64,000 bases of DNA from Rhodospirillales bacterium (GCA_028824295.1 JAPPED010000033.1:21224-85223); one strand, 5' to 3'; counted from the first letter of the stretch, positions 29,349 through 40,780 are shown. Notes: a model not told the origin generated them from the sequence alone. Translations and numbers: made by a program.

Positions 29349-29418
29349 GGTGGCGCACTCCTTTCAGAAGATGTGCCTGTCGCCGGTCGACGAACTACGA
29401 CGGTAGCAGCAACACCTC

Positions 29419-31095
29419 CTAGGCCGGCGGCACCCAGGCCCGCGGTGCGATTCCGTCGATGTCGGTCTTTACGTCCACCAACGCCGGTTTCCCGGCAGCG
29501 AACGCCTGCTCGAGTGCGCCTTGCAGCTCCCCTGGCTTGTGGACCGTGATGCCGAAGCAGCCCATCGAACCGGCAATTCCCGCGAAATCCGTCTCGGGGA
29601 ACAGCCAGAGTTCATCGGAGCCCTCTGTTCGCCCTCCGTAAACCCCCTCGACGCCATTCTTCTCCTGATTGAGTGAATGGTTGTTGTTGACGACGGTCAC
29701 GGTGTGGATCCCGGATTTGCGGGCCGTATCCAGTTCCCCGATGTGGTACCAGATGCCACCGTCACCGGTGAAGCACACCACCGGGCGATCCGGTTGTGCG
29801 CATTTGGCACCCATCGCTGCCGGCAGCCCCCAACCCAGCGACCCGGCGCAGCGCAGGTAGCGCTGATCGGGATGCTTCAGGTCGAGCATGGTGCCGGTCC
29901 AGACGCCGGAATGCCCAGTGTCCGAAACCAGAATGGCGTCGGTGGGAAGCAGCTCGGAGAGTTCCGAGCACAAGCGCTCGGGACGCATGGGAACATTGTC
30001 GGAAGCCACCAGTGCGCTGACACCCTGCTTCCAGGTATCGACCAGTTCCTGTACGCGGCCGATCCAGGACCGGCGCGGGGAAACCGGCTCGGCATGCGCA
30101 AGCATGCGACGGATCGTGTCGCGCACATCTCCCTGCAGCCCGACCTTGACCGGATAGTTGCGGCCGATTTCGGCGGGATTGATGTCCAGTTGAATGGCAG
30201 GTGTGCCTCGGGGCGGAATGGTGTAGCCGTTCGTGACCTGGCCGCCGGCGTGGCTGCCGATGAAAAACACCAGGTCCGCCTCGCACAGGGCCTGGTTGGC
30301 ACAAGCACGGGAATAGGATCCAGGGACGCCCAGCGCGAGTGGGTGGTCGCTCGGGAACATGACCTTGGCATTGAGCGAAGTTGCCACCGGGATCGACAGC
30401 TTCTCGGCCAGCGCGCGCAGTTCCGCGGCCGCATCCGATGCGGTTACGCCGCCGCCCGCCACGATCACCGGCCGTTCCGCCTGCATCAGCCATTCGAGCG
30501 CCGCGGTTACCGCGTCGATGTCTGCCTCCGGCCGGAACGGCGGCACCTGCGCGAAGTTCTCGTCGATCATGACGTCAAGTTCGGCTTCGGCGTCGATCAC
30601 GAACTGACCGGCTAGACCTTCCAGGTCTAGGTGAACCGGCCCAGGAGTGCCCGAAGTGGCGGCGCGAAACGCCTGCGGCAGGTAGACCGGCAATTGGTCG
30701 GGCGTTGACAACGTGGCGCTGTACTTCGTGACCGCCGAAAACGGACCCTTGTGATCGACCTCCTGATAGGCGTGGCGCTGCTGGCTGACCTGGCGCTCCC
30801 GGCCCGTGATCGCGATGACCGGTGAACAGGCCAGGTAGGGATCCTGCAGCCCGGCCGCAAGATTCATCGCGCCCACAGACTGCGCCATGCAGAGGCCGGG
30901 GCCGCGCCGCGCCCGGGCATAGGCGTCAGCCATGTAGGCGGCCGCCTTCTCGCCATGGGTCTGGACGCGTTTGATGCCCAGTTTTTCCATTTCCATCAAC
31001 GCTCTGGGCGCGATGTACGGGACGAAAAAGGCATGGGTAATGCCGTAGCCGTGAACGGTTTCTGCGACAAACCGGCCGCCGGTCATTCTTGTCAT
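29419..31095 (-). CDS. Thiamine-pyrophosphate enzyme (acetolactate synthase large-subunit-like family)
   Basis: MTGGRFVAETVHGYGITHAFFVPY...HGEKAAAYMADAYAR...GDGGIWYHIGELDTA..., 558 aa. Confidence 0.9.
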   Translation of the reverse strand: MTRMTGGRFVAETVHGYGITHAFFVPYIAPRALMEMEKLGIKRVQTHGEKAAAYMADAYARARRGPGLCMAQSVGAMNLAAGLQDPYLACSPVIAITGRERQVSQQRHAYQEVDHKGPFSAVTKYSATLSTPDQLPVYLPQAFRAATSGTPGPVHLDLEGLAGQFVIDAEAELDVMIDENFAQVPPFRPEADIDAVTAALEWLMQAERPVIVAGGGVTASDAAAELRALAEKLSIPVATSLNAKVMFPSDHPLALGVPGSYSRACANQALCEADLVFFIGSHAGGQVTNGYTIPPRGTPAIQLDINPAEIGRNYPVKVGLQGDVRDTIRRMLAHAEPVSPRRSWIGRVQELVDTWKQGVSALVASDNVPMRPERLCSELSELLPTDAILVSDTGHSGVWTGTMLDLKHPDQRYLRCAGSLGWGLPAAMGAKCAQPDRPVVCFTGDGGIWYHIGELDTARKSGIHTVTVVNNNHSLNQEKNGVEGVYGGRTEGSDELWLFPETDFAGIAGSMGCFGITVHKPGELQGALEQAFAAGKPALVDVKTDIDGIAPRAWVPPA

Positions 31096-31411
31096 GGTGA
31101 GCCCCTCGGCGCGTACGGATCGGTATCAGACAGAATGCCTTTGACGATTGCAAACTGGCCCTTGCCGCCGGCTGGGTGGCGGCGTCGCATCACGGCGACT
31201 GGCGCGCGTGCTGTTGTTGCTACTGCCTGGTCCGTCAGCCTGCGCACGGTGTGCTGCGGACATTGTCAGGTGACAGACCCGTCACCGACAAGTCGGCAAG
31301 TCGTCGCGATCGACGCCAACTCACCCGGTAAAGGTTTCTGCATCGAACAGACCGCAGCGCGAACTGGAGTCCGGCGAGCTCAATGATCTCCCAGGACCTG
31401 CCGGCTCGGAC

Positions 31412-32329
31412 CTACGTGCCGGTGTCGAGGGGTTTCAGTGCTTTCAGCAACGCGATCAGATTCTCATCGCGCCATCGTTCGAGGGTGTTGGCGTCGCGCC
31501 CGCCCGTCATCTCATCGACCGCTGCAACTGCCATCTCCTTCAGCGCGGCTGGCCCCGACCAACCGAAGTGGGCGATGTTGCCCCTGATGCCGCCTTCGCC
31601 GCCGGTGAAGTGCATGCCGAGCATTGGCCCCATGAACGCCCAGCGCATCCCCGGGCCGTAGACCAGCGCCTCGTCGGCTTGGTGATAGTCGCAGATGCCG
31701 GCCTCGACCAGCGAATCAATCTCCCGCCGCACGACGGATTGCAGCCGGTTGGAGATGTAACGCTCGATTTCCCGCCGCAGCCGGAGCGGACGTTTCCCGA
31801 CGCGGCGATAGAAGGCCATGGCCCAATCCAGCACAGCTCCCGGGGTGGCATCTCCGCCCACGACCTCGACCAGCGGCATCAGGTAGGACGGCGTGAACGG
31901 ATGCCCCACGATGACGCGCGCCGGCACCCGACTTTGCCTGGCCAAGACACTCGGCAAGAACGTCGATGACGAACTTGCGATGACCACATCGTCGGGCAGA
32001 TTTCGTTCGATCTGTTCGATCAGCGCGACTTTCAGATCTTGGTGATCAGGTGCCGACTCCTGGACGAATTGGGCGCCATCGAGCGCGGTTCCGAGGTCCG
32101 CATCAAACATCAGGCGGGACGGGTCCGCGCCGGCGGCCAGCCCCAAACGCTTCAAACTTGGCCAGGCCCGTGCCACCAGCGCCCGCAGGCGGTCCTCCGC
32201 GCCCTCTGCCGGGTCGCTTGCAGTAACGGCCAGCCCTTGGCTCAGGAACAGGGCCGCCCAGCCGGCGCCGATGGTCCCGGCGCCAACGCATGCCACGCGG
32301 TTGACGGTCGCTGGATCTGGCAGGTTCAT
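31412..32329 (-). CDS. 3-hydroxyacyl-CoA dehydrogenase family protein (L-carnitine dehydrogenase-like)
   Basis: From ATG 32329: VACVGAGTIGAGWAALFLSQG (Rossmann fold) ...VQESAPD....K......I....... The C-terminal GPGMRWAFMGP...HFTGG resembles LcdH-type proteins. Confidence 0.8.
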   Translation of the reverse strand: MNLPDPATVNRVACVGAGTIGAGWAALFLSQGLAVTASDPAEGAEDRLRALVARAWPSLKRLGLAAGADPSRLMFDADLGTALDGAQFVQESAPDHQDLKVALIEQIERNLPDDVVIASSSSTFLPSVLARQSRVPARVIVGHPFTPSYLMPLVEVVGGDATPGAVLDWAMAFYRRVGKRPLRLRREIERYISNRLQSVVRREIDSLVEAGICDYHQADEALVYGPGMRWAFMGPMLGMHFTGGEGGIRGNIAHFGWSGPAALKEMAVAAVDEMTGGRDANTLERWRDENLIALLKALKPLDTGT

Positions 32330-32485
32330 GACGGCATTCTCCGGTTCAACGCAGCTGGATGGCTTGGTGGTCGCGACAGGTTCTAGCACGGAGAACACGT
32401 GCTCCCGGGCACACGAAGGAGTGGCGGCGATCGATCCGGCGGAACAGTGATCTCACACAGGCACCATTGAATTGTTCGCCCGGTG

Positions 32486-33298
32486 TCAGATCAGGTAGTC
32501 GATTACTGCCAGCGGCGTTGCTGCCAACAGCCCGGCATCAATGGGCAGGATGACACCTGAAATCCAGCGCGCCTCGTCGCTTGCCAGAAACACTGACGCC
32601 CACGCGACATCCCAGGCGTCGCCCGTGATCCCCAGCGGACCTGCTCTCCGCCGCAACTCCAGCTGCTCCTCAGTCATGGAGGCCACGAACGGCGCGTGGA
32701 TGTGCCCCGGTGCGATGCAGTTGACACGGATGTTGTCGCGGCCGTGATGGACCGCCATCGCCTTGGTCAGCGTGACCAGACCACCTTTTGCAACCGAGTA
32801 GGGGACATTGTGCGACGCGCCGGCGCGCAAACCGTCGATCGATGAGACGTGGATGATGGAGCCGCCGCCGTTGGCTGCCATCTGTGGGACCGCGAACTTC
32901 GACACTAGGGCAGCAGACTTGAGATTTCCGTCGAGGGCGCGGGACCAGACCTCGTCCTCGATGTCCGTGACCTTCCCCGGCCCCAGCGCACCCACGTTGT
33001 TGACCAGAATGTCGATACGGCCGTACCGGTCGGTGCAGGCGTCGATCAAGGCCCTGCAGGCTGCTCCGTCAGTAACGTCCGCTTCGAATACCGAAGCGTT
33101 GCCGCCTTCGTCAGCGATCTGACGTTCGGTCACGCGGGCACGACCCTGGTCCACGTCGGCGAGCAGGACCTCGGCGCCGTGACGGGCAAAGAGAATCGCG
33201 GTCGCCTCCCCAGTGCCGGTAAGTGACCCGCGTGATCCGGCACCGGTAACCAATGCCACCTTGCCGTTGAGGCGTTTCTCGGCCATGTCCGAAATCAT
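32486..33298 (-). CDS. SDR family oxidoreductase
   Basis: GKVALVTGAGS...NNVG...YSVAKGG. ATGA overlap with the upstream SDR. Confidence 0.9.
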   Translation of the reverse strand: MISDMAEKRLNGKVALVTGAGSRGSLTGTGEATAILFARHGAEVLLADVDQGRARVTERQIADEGGNASVFEADVTDGAACRALIDACTDRYGRIDILVNNVGALGPGKVTDIEDEVWSRALDGNLKSAALVSKFAVPQMAANGGGSIIHVSSIDGLRAGASHNVPYSVAKGGLVTLTKAMAVHHGRDNIRVNCIAPGHIHAPFVASMTEEQLELRRRAGPLGITGDAWDVAWASVFLASDEARWISGVILPIDAGLLAATPLAVIDYLI

Positions 33299-34125
33299 TC
33301 CATCACCGCGCCGCCGGCGACCGTGACCGACAGACCGGTCAGGAATTCCGCGTCGGCTGACGCCAGAAACGTGGCGACCCGGGCTACGTCCTCGGCATTG
33401 CCAACACGCCCGAGCGGGGTGTTTGCTTCGGTCCGGGTCTTCATGGCCAGATGATGCTCCTCGGCCGTGACTCCTTCGGGGGCCAGCGCCGCGGCAATTT
33501 CTGCGACTCGTTCAGTTTCGACGTAGCCCGGGCAAATGGCATTCACCGTGATGTTGTGAGGCCCGAGCTCCTGTGCTAGTGCCTGAGTGAACCCGCGAAC
33601 CGCGAACTTGGATGCGCAGTAAGCGGCGAACCGGGCCACGCCGCGTTTGCCCGAAACCGAAGACAGATTGATGATTCGGCCGCCGGTCCCCTGGGCGATG
33701 AGAGCCCGCGCCGCGGCGCGAGAACAAAGGAACGTCCCCTTGGCGTTGACGTTCTGCACCCGGTCCCATTCGGCTTCGTCGAGGTCGACCACGGGCACGC
33801 GATCGCGACCGGCGATCGCTCCAGCATTGTTGACGAGTATGTCGAGATGGCCGAAATGATCGAGTACCCGGCTCACCATCACCTCGACATCACTGGCACT
33901 TGATACATCACCGACGACACTTAGCACTCGCCGGCCGATGGCTTCGATTTCCCGCTCAACGTCCGGCAGGCCCGCCCAGTCCGCTGAACCTCCACGTCGC
34001 GGGACGATGTCGTTGATGCCGACATCCGCGCCGGCCTGCGCCATGCGCCGGGCAATGGCACGTCCCATCCCCTGTTCTCCGCCCGCCCCCGTTACCAGCG
34101 CGACCTTGCCCGTCAAGTCGTACAT
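33295..34125 (-). CDS. SDR family oxidoreductase
   Basis: From ATG 34125: MYDLTGKVALVTGAGGEQGMGRAIA...NNAG...YCASKFAV. Confidence 0.9.
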   Translation of the reverse strand: MYDLTGKVALVTGAGGEQGMGRAIARRMAQAGADVGINDIVPRRGGSADWAGLPDVEREIEAIGRRVLSVVGDVSSASDVEVMVSRVLDHFGHLDILVNNAGAIAGRDRVPVVDLDEAEWDRVQNVNAKGTFLCSRAAARALIAQGTGGRIINLSSVSGKRGVARFAAYCASKFAVRGFTQALAQELGPHNITVNAICPGYVETERVAEIAAALAPEGVTAEEHHLAMKTRTEANTPLGRVGNAEDVARVATFLASADAEFLTGLSVTVAGGAVME

Positions 34126-34642
34126 CGTCTCATTCCTCGTCTCGCCGGCGTGCCAGCCGTGAACGCTGCCTGGTGGTCTCCAGGCCTTTTCGACAAATCG
34201 GCCGTGTCCGCTGCATTCGATTGCCAAACCGGCGGAGCAATGACGCCCAAAGCTGCATGGTGATTCACCGGGAGGGCACTATAGGGATGTTCTGCAGCGA
34301 CTCGGCGGCACTAGGGCTCTCCGGTCCAGCAAAATCGGAAAAAGTTCCTCGCATCGATGAGGGGCAGTTGCTCATCATCCGTCGCAAACTGCATGGCGAG
34401 GCGATCGAACGGCGCAGCGCTTGGGGCGCGGCGCCTTCTAGACGCTTCAGATCTTCCGTAGGGTCGCTGGCCACGGTTGCGGTTTGGGTGCGCTCGCCGG
34501 GACGTCAAGAGCGCGCTGGCCCACGCCGGCAACGGTTCGAACTTCGATGATGACCAACAGTCAATCACGTCTGAACTGAAGACAAGAAGGTGCGAACTAG
34601 AGGTCGACCCGTACTTCCGTGCGTCAGTTGGCGCTGGAAGGA

Positions 34643-36541
34643 CTATTCCTGGGAAAGCAGCAATTGCACCACCGCATCCGCCGCGTCGTCGGCGGAAAGC
34701 ACGGTCGTGTCAATTCGTAGTTCGGGGTTTTGTGGCGGCTCGTATGGCGAATCGATGCCGGTGAAATTCGCCAGCTTGCCACTGCGGGCTTTCGCATAGA
34801 GCCCCTTGGGATCGCGTGCCTCGCAGACCTCCAGCGGGGTATCGACAAAGATCTCGACAAACTCTCCTTCCTGTAGCAGCGTTCGGGCCATGGTCCGTTC
34901 GGATCGAAACGGTGAGATGAAGGAAACGATGACGATGAGCCCGGCGTCCACCATCAGCTTTGCAACTTCGGCGACCCGGCGAATATTCTCCACCCGGTCC
35001 CGGTCGGTAAAGCCGAGATCCCTGTTCAGGCCATGTCGGACGTTGTCTCCGTCGAGCAGGTAAGTGTGTTTTCCCATCGCCTGGAGCTTCTGTTCCAGTC
35101 GATCGGCGATCGTCGACTTGCCGGCCCCGGAGAGGCCAGTCATCCATAGGACACAGGGCTTTTGTCGGTTGACCCGCGCTCGCTCCGCCTTGTCCACCTT
35201 CATCTGCTGCCAAATGATGTTGGTCGCGCGGCGAAGCGCGAAGCTGATCACGCCGGCGCCGACCGTGGCATTGGTGAACCTGTCGATAAGTACGAAACCA
35301 CCCGTTTTGCGATCCTTTGCGTAAGCATCGAAGGGGACTGGGCGGTCGAGCGAAATCTTGCAGTACCCAACTTCGTTCAGTTGGAGTGTCTTGGCAGCCA
35401 ATCGGCCCAGGGTATCCATGTCGATACGGTGGGTAAGGTCCGTGATCTGGGCGACGGCAGAGGCGCTGGCAAAACGAGCCAGATAGGGCCGTTCCGGCAG
35501 CATGGCATCCGTGTCCAACCAGATGAGGTGAGCAGCAAACTGATCGGCAAGCGCTGGCGGCTGTCCGTTGTCGGAGATCATGTCGCCGCGGCTAACGTCG
35601 ATTTCGTTGGCGAGCACGAGCGTGATCGCCTGGCCCTCGATCGCCCGGTCCAGGTCGCCGGACGGCCCGAGGATGCGCTCGACGGTCGATCGCGAGCCGG
35701 ACGGACTGACGACAACTGTCATCCCGCGTTCCACTGAGCCGGAGACCACGTTGCCGCTGAGGCCTCGGAACTCCGAATTGGGGCGATTGACCCACTGCAC
35801 CGGTAAACGGAATCCCCCCGTCACCTCGTTCCTGGGGAGTCTGCAGGCGTCCAATACTTCCACGAGCGTCGGCCCGAGGTACCAGGGCGTATCTTCGCCA
35901 GACTCGAAGACGTTCACGCCGGTCAGTGCGGACAGCGGAATTGCCGTCACGGATTCGATTCCCAGTTCATTCGCAAACGCTTCGTATGCCTCGACGATGG
36001 ACCGGAATACGGAGCGGTCGTATGCGACCAGATCCATCTTGTTGACCGCCAGGATCACTTGGCGGATGCCCATGAGCGACACGATGTAACTGTGTCGGCG
36101 AGTCTGGGTCAGAACCCCCTTGCAGGCATCGATCACAACTATTGCGAGATCAGCCGTGGAGGCACCGGTGACCATGTTTCGCGTGTACTGTTCGTGGCCG
36201 GGCGCATCGATCGCGATGAATCTTCTGCTGTCCGTCTCGAAATTGCGATGCGCGACGTCAATGGTGATGCCTTGTTCGCGTTCCGCCTGCAGGCCGTCGA
36301 CCAGTAAGGCGAGATCAACCGCATCACCCTGGGTACCGTAGGTTGGACTCTCCGCCTTGGCCGCCGAAAGCTGGTCTTCGAAGACCGTCCTGGAATCGTG
36401 CAGCAGCCGCCCTAGAAGCGTTGATTTGCCGTCATCGACGGAACCGCAGATGATGCAGCGGACATGCCCTTTTTCATTCTGCGTTGAAAGGGCGGCATCG
36501 ATGTCTTTTGACGCGGCCGGCGCACTCCCGCTGGCCGGCAT
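34643..36541 (-). CDS. cysNC: Bifunctional sulfate adenylyltransferase subunit 1 / adenylylsulfate kinase (CysN-CysC fusion)
   Basis: GTPase motifs GSVDDGKST and DAPGH. The C-terminal APS kinase has the P-loop GLSGAGKST. 632 aa. Confidence 0.95.
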   Translation of the reverse strand: MPASGSAPAASKDIDAALSTQNEKGHVRCIICGSVDDGKSTLLGRLLHDSRTVFEDQLSAAKAESPTYGTQGDAVDLALLVDGLQAEREQGITIDVAHRNFETDSRRFIAIDAPGHEQYTRNMVTGASTADLAIVVIDACKGVLTQTRRHSYIVSLMGIRQVILAVNKMDLVAYDRSVFRSIVEAYEAFANELGIESVTAIPLSALTGVNVFESGEDTPWYLGPTLVEVLDACRLPRNEVTGGFRLPVQWVNRPNSEFRGLSGNVVSGSVERGMTVVVSPSGSRSTVERILGPSGDLDRAIEGQAITLVLANEIDVSRGDMISDNGQPPALADQFAAHLIWLDTDAMLPERPYLARFASASAVAQITDLTHRIDMDTLGRLAAKTLQLNEVGYCKISLDRPVPFDAYAKDRKTGGFVLIDRFTNATVGAGVISFALRRATNIIWQQMKVDKAERARVNRQKPCVLWMTGLSGAGKSTIADRLEQKLQAMGKHTYLLDGDNVRHGLNRDLGFTDRDRVENIRRVAEVAKLMVDAGLIVIVSFISPFRSERTMARTLLQEGEFVEIFVDTPLEVCEARDPKGLYAKARSGKLANFTGIDSPYEPPQNPELRIDTTVLSADDAADAVVQLLLSQE

Positions 36542-37437
36542 CAGAAATACCCTTCCTGCTTCTTTTTCTCCATCGAGCCGAGTTGGTCGTAGTCAATGAC
36601 CCTGCCCTCCCTTTCGGAGGCGCGGCTCTGCCGTAGTTCGGCCATGATTTCCGGGACCGAGGCAGCGCTGGAGGGGATTGCGCCCGTCAGCGGATAGCAC
36701 CCCAGGGTACGGAACCGGACCAACATCTCTCTCGGCGTCTCACCGGGGTCAAGCGGCAACCGTTCGTCGTCAACCATGACCAGAAGGCCGCCACGCTCCA
36801 CGGTGGGGCGAACGGCGGCGAAGTACAGCGGCACCACGGGAATGTCCTCCCGTTCGATGTATTGCCAGACGTCGAGTTCGGTCCAGTTGGACAGCGGGAA
36901 CACCCTGACGCTTTCCCCGGGCAACACGCGGGTGTTGTAGAGGTTCCAGAGTTCGGGCCGCTGGCTCTTCGGGTCCCAGCGATGCGTGCTGCTGCGAAAG
37001 GAGAAGATCCGTTCCTTGGCGCGCGATTTCTCCTCGTCGCGTCTCGCACCTCCGAATGCGGCGTCGAAACCATGTATGTCAAGGGCCTGTTTGAGTGCCT
37101 CGGTCTTCATGACCTCAGTGTGCACTCTGGACCCGTGGGTGACGGGGCTGACGCCCCGCTCCAAGCCGTCCCGGTTCACGTGAACGATCAGATTGATCCC
37201 GTGACGGGCCGCCGTCACGTCACGAAACCGGATCATGTCGCGGAACTTCCACGTCGTGTCGACATGCAGCAGCGGAAAGGGGAGGTTTCCGGGCGCGAAG
37301 GCCTTGAGCGCCAAGTGAAGCATGACGCTCGAGTCCTTGCCGATCGAATACAGCATCACCGGGTTGCGGAATTCGGCGACGACCTCCCGCATGATGTGAA
37401 TGCTTTCCGATTCCAGGCGGTCCAGATGTTTCAGCAT
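36541..37437 (-). CDS. cysD: Sulfate adenylyltransferase subunit 2
   Basis: [42 protein letters not shown]... (PAPS-reductase fold). 1-nt overlap with cysNC. Confidence 0.95.
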   Translation of the reverse strand: MLKHLDRLESESIHIMREVVAEFRNPVMLYSIGKDSSVMLHLALKAFAPGNLPFPLLHVDTTWKFRDMIRFRDVTAARHGINLIVHVNRDGLERGVSPVTHGSRVHTEVMKTEALKQALDIHGFDAAFGGARRDEEKSRAKERIFSFRSSTHRWDPKSQRPELWNLYNTRVLPGESVRVFPLSNWTELDVWQYIEREDIPVVPLYFAAVRPTVERGGLLVMVDDERLPLDPGETPREMLVRFRTLGCYPLTGAIPSSAASVPEIMAELRQSRASEREGRVIDYDQLGSMEKKKQEGYF

Positions 37438-38242
37438 CGATCAAGAATGCGGGGTTTCCATTGTCGTTTCCATCGGACACCGACACCCGGCGCCAACTCT
37501 TGGCCGCGTGGACACTCAGGTACTGTTCGGCGGACGTGGCGCGTAGCCAAGCTCCCCCGGCAGTGTGGCTACGGCCCAGCGTGCCCTGCACGATGGCATG
37601 AAGTCACGGCACCGCTGAAAATTCGATTCAAGTGCGTGATCGCCGAGGCTGTTTCTACCATTGCCGCTCGCTGCTGACACCTGCAGTCAGGCAACGCATC
37701 CCATCGGGCGAAGCGAACGGGCCCGCGCGGAAGACGCGGCCTACGAACACGGTGTACGGGGACCTGCATTCGATATCTCAAGGCGTTCGTTTCTCGGGCC
37801 ACTCGTTTGCATGCGGCACGGGGATACTATCTATCAAGAGATTGACGTCGCTTGACTGCCTGTCGACGGGCGCAATAGACACCCATTTGCGAAGTTTGCG
37901 GTTCGCCGACTTAGAGAAGAACCTCTGAATTCCTCGCACTTGTCGCGCTCGGTGCGGTTCCTGTTCGTTGAACAGAAGTCAGGGAAATTGATTGGGAGGT
38001 TCGATCATGGTCGGCTCAACCGGTTGGAGCCGACTCAATCACAGTCGTATCCGACCATAGGCTTGGCCGGCACTTTGGACCGCCCAAAGCAGGAAACTCT
38101 CATTTGAACTCCAGTGCAATGGGCGCGCTGGCCTAAGGAGTCGGAAGTCGTTCCAATGAGGCTGATCAACGGAGGCACCGGGCCAGGTACGAACAATTGC
38201 CTCGCAAGAGGGGTTGAAGGTTTGCCGCCGTTCCCAGTGACG

Positions 38243-38521
38243 CTAGTTGGCGTCTCCCACCACCTCCTCAAGACCTTTCTTGCCAGGGGAAGCCGTTTTC
38301 AGTTGTCGGGCAACCCCCTCCAACAGGTCGGCTAGTTGTCCCTGTACCTGTTCTTCCTCGGATCCGTTCGGGAGATAGACGGTAGCTGCCAGGATGCCTG
38401 GGGATTTTCTTCCGTCGCCTGAGTTCGTGGACCCGGAAACCAAGACATCAAACCTTGCCGTCGGGCTTCGGTCATCAGGAAAAGTGTGAACATCGACATA
38501 CTTGATTTCAAATTCCTGCAT
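38243..38521 (-). CDS. Hypothetical 92-aa protein in an AT-richer island
   Basis: GGAG lies 7 nt upstream of the ATG. GC3 is clearly lower than in neighbouring genes. I recognise no family. Confidence 0.5.
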   Translation of the reverse strand: MQEFEIKYVDVHTFPDDRSPTARFDVLVSGSTNSGDGRKSPGILAATVYLPNGSEEEQVQGQLADLLEGVARQLKTASPGKKGLEEVVGDAN

Positions 38522-39214
38522 ATCGAAGCTCCATCGGTTCCATTTGGCATCCTAGCATGAAGCCGGAAGGAATCATTTATCGAACGTAGTATCACGGCCC
38601 GAGACATCCGGGGCAGCAACAGTCTCGTGAAAAAGTTTTGGAAGCCCGAAATTTATCCGGACAAATGTTGACGCGACACCGAAACGAAAGGGTTCCGTTC
38701 GAAACTCTGGTCAGCAGCAGCAAGGCGAACCGATCTACATTGCGACGATTAATGGAAGTTCCCCAGCTCTGAGAATCACTTGTCAGGCCGGTGGTGCTTC
38801 ACGAAGGTACCGTTCCCCGCCCATTGGCACGGAGACACGCGTGGCCGGCGAACCGGTCCGCATTGCCGCGATGACACGGAGCCTCGCGCCACACGCGCTG
38901 GACTGCAGCATGCCCTCCCCGGCACCGCCTGATCCCCGCAACTCCGGGTGTCAGTCGTGAAGTGGCCGGGATCAGCCTTCAACCAGCGCTAAGCGGCTTT
39001 TCGTGGTTGCTTGTCCGCTGCTCGCGCAGCAGTCGCGAGCGTGACTCACGGGAGCGACTTGACTGTCCCGGTGGATCGGCCGATTCCCGGGATCGGCGGC
39101 GCTTTGGGTCAAGCTGAACACCCGCCAAACTGACGGTCCGCGAAAATCTCGTCTGCCGGCGGCGCTGCGGCCTAATCCCGATGCCTGATCCGCGGGGGCC
39201 CAGGTCCGAGCCGG

Positions 39215-39287
39215 TGCCGACGGAGGGACTTGAACCCCCGACCCACGCATTACGAATGCGTTGCTCTACCGTCTGAGCTACGTCGGC
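39215..39287 (-). tRNA. tRNA-Thr (anticodon CGU)
   Basis: The reverse complement folds as GCCGACG/TA/GCTC-AGACGGTA-GAGC/A/ACGCA-TTCGTAA-TGCGT/GGGTC/GGGGG-TTCAAGT-CCCTC/CGTCGGC/A. CCA is not encoded. Confidence 0.9.
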
Positions 39288-39355
39288 GATGATCGGTGCA
39301 GAAACCTAGCCTAGCACGTCTGGGCCTGCAGCCTTGCCGCACGTGGTCATTCGGA

Positions 39356-40780
39356 TCACAGGCGCTCTGGCTGGCGCTGCGATTGGGTGCCCGGCAACCG
39401 GATCCGGATTCGTAGGCCCGGGACGTTGTCCTCCAGGCTCAGCGTTCCATCGTGGAGCCGGACCACCGCGGCCACGAGCGAAAGCCCCAGTCCACTACCG
39501 GGAAGATCTCGGCTGGAACTTAGCCGGACAAACCGATCGAGGACCCGCTGACGTTCCGTCTCGGGAATGCCGGCCCCGTCGTCGGCGATGATAAGTTCGC
39601 TATCGCCAGACGGGGCGACGCGGACGGCAATGCGGATGCTGCCGCCGGGTGAGCTGTACTTAATGGCGTTGTCCAGAAGATTGGACAGGCTTTGCGCGAG
39701 CAGCGTGCGGTGACCGAAGCACACGCACGGGGCTTCCTCCACGTGGACGAAGAGCGCAAGGCCTGATTCGTCGGCTACGGGTTCATAAATCTCAGCCAAC
39801 TCGCGCACCAACAGAGCGACATCCACGGGTTCGAACTTGGGCTTGACCCCGCTTTCCAGCTGCGCGATCTCCAGCAATCCGTTGAAGGTTTCGATCAGTT
39901 GATCCGCCTCGGCGATGGCCCGGTCCAAGGCGTGCTGCCGCTTTGTGGCATCGTTCGCATCGAGCAGGGCGGCTTCAAGCCCACTGCGCAGCCGATGCAG
40001 GGGAGTACGGAGATCGTGCGCAATGTTGTCGGTGACTTCGCGCAGATTCTTCACCAGCCCCTCGATACGTTCCATCATGACGTTGAAAGTGCCGGCCAAT
40101 CGGTCGAGTTCGTCACCGGAGCCTCGCTCTGGAAGGCGCTGGGTCAGGTCGCCTTCCAGCACATTGCGGGCAGCCGAATTGATTCGGTTTACCCGCACGA
40201 GGCTATGGCGGGCGACGAGCGCGCCGCCTGCAAAGCCAAGGACAAGGACGATGCCGCCGGCCCACAGGAAGGATTCCGTGTAGCGACTTTCGATCAATTG
40301 GAGCCCTTGCACGTCCCGTCCCACCAGGATCCGAAGGTCAGGTTGAAGGAGGACCACCTGAGCCCGCGCAGCTCGGGTTTCGAGCAGCCCGCCGCGCTCA
40401 GGCAGTGAGTAGCTGAAGTTGACCCAACCGTTGGGGTCGGCGGCGACCGTTGGCCACGAATCCAGGTTGCCGGTTGTCATGGCGGGCTGACCTGCAAAGG
40501 AGAGCAGATAGAGACTGGTCGTTTGCCCGTAACTTCGATCCTCTACGATATGACGAAGTGTCCGTGGCCCGCCGCGCCGAAGCTGGACAGACAGGAATTG
40601 CAGTTCGCGCTGAATGCTTTCGTCGGTTTCACGATTCAGCAAACCGACGGACATGGTGTGTACCAGGGTCAGAAGGGCCGAGCCCGTGATGGCCACCAGC
40701 ACCAAGTAGAGCAACGTAAGCTGTACCGCAGCCGTCCGCAGCAGTGAGAAACGCGGGACCGGTGGCACGGTTCCCGCCAT
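39356..40780 (-). CDS. Two-component sensor histidine kinase (two TM segments, HAMP, HisKA, HATPase)
   Basis: From ATG 40780 (TGATG overlap with the regulator stop). H-box NIAHDLRTPL, N-box LLDNAIKYS, G-box DDGAGIP...GSGLGLS. Confidence 0.9.
   Translation of the reverse strand: MAGTVPPVPRFSLLRTAAVQLTLLYLVLVAITGSALLTLVHTMSVGLLNRETDESIQRELQFLSVQLRRGGPRTLRHIVEDRSYGQTTSLYLLSFAGQPAMTTGNLDSWPTVAADPNGWVNFSYSLPERGGLLETRAARAQVVLLQPDLRILVGRDVQGLQLIESRYTESFLWAGGIVLVLGFAGGALVARHSLVRVNRINSAARNVLEGDLTQRLPERGSGDELDRLAGTFNVMMERIEGLVKNLREVTDNIAHDLRTPLHRLRSGLEAALLDANDATKRQHALDRAIAEADQLIETFNGLLEIAQLESGVKPKFEPVDVALLVRELAEIYEPVADESGLALFVHVEEAPCVCFGHRTLLAQSLSNLLDNAIKYSSPGGSIRIAVRVAPSGDSELIIADDGAGIPETERQRVLDRFVRLSSSRDLPGSGLGLSLVAAVVRLHDGTLSLEDNVPGLRIRIRLPGTQSQRQPERL

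Noticed and set aside
37438-39214. A bona fide genomic island or prophage remnant at tRNA-Thr
   Set aside because: There is no integrase, recombinase or phage-like ORF. I found no direct repeat of the tRNA 3' end by eye. It is kept only as a compositional anomaly, not as a mobile element.
38972-39250. 92-aa ORF overlapping tRNA-Thr
   Set aside because: It begins inside the tRNA gene (the GSGVQVPPS translation of the T-arm region is a classic artefact), and its composition is not coding-like.
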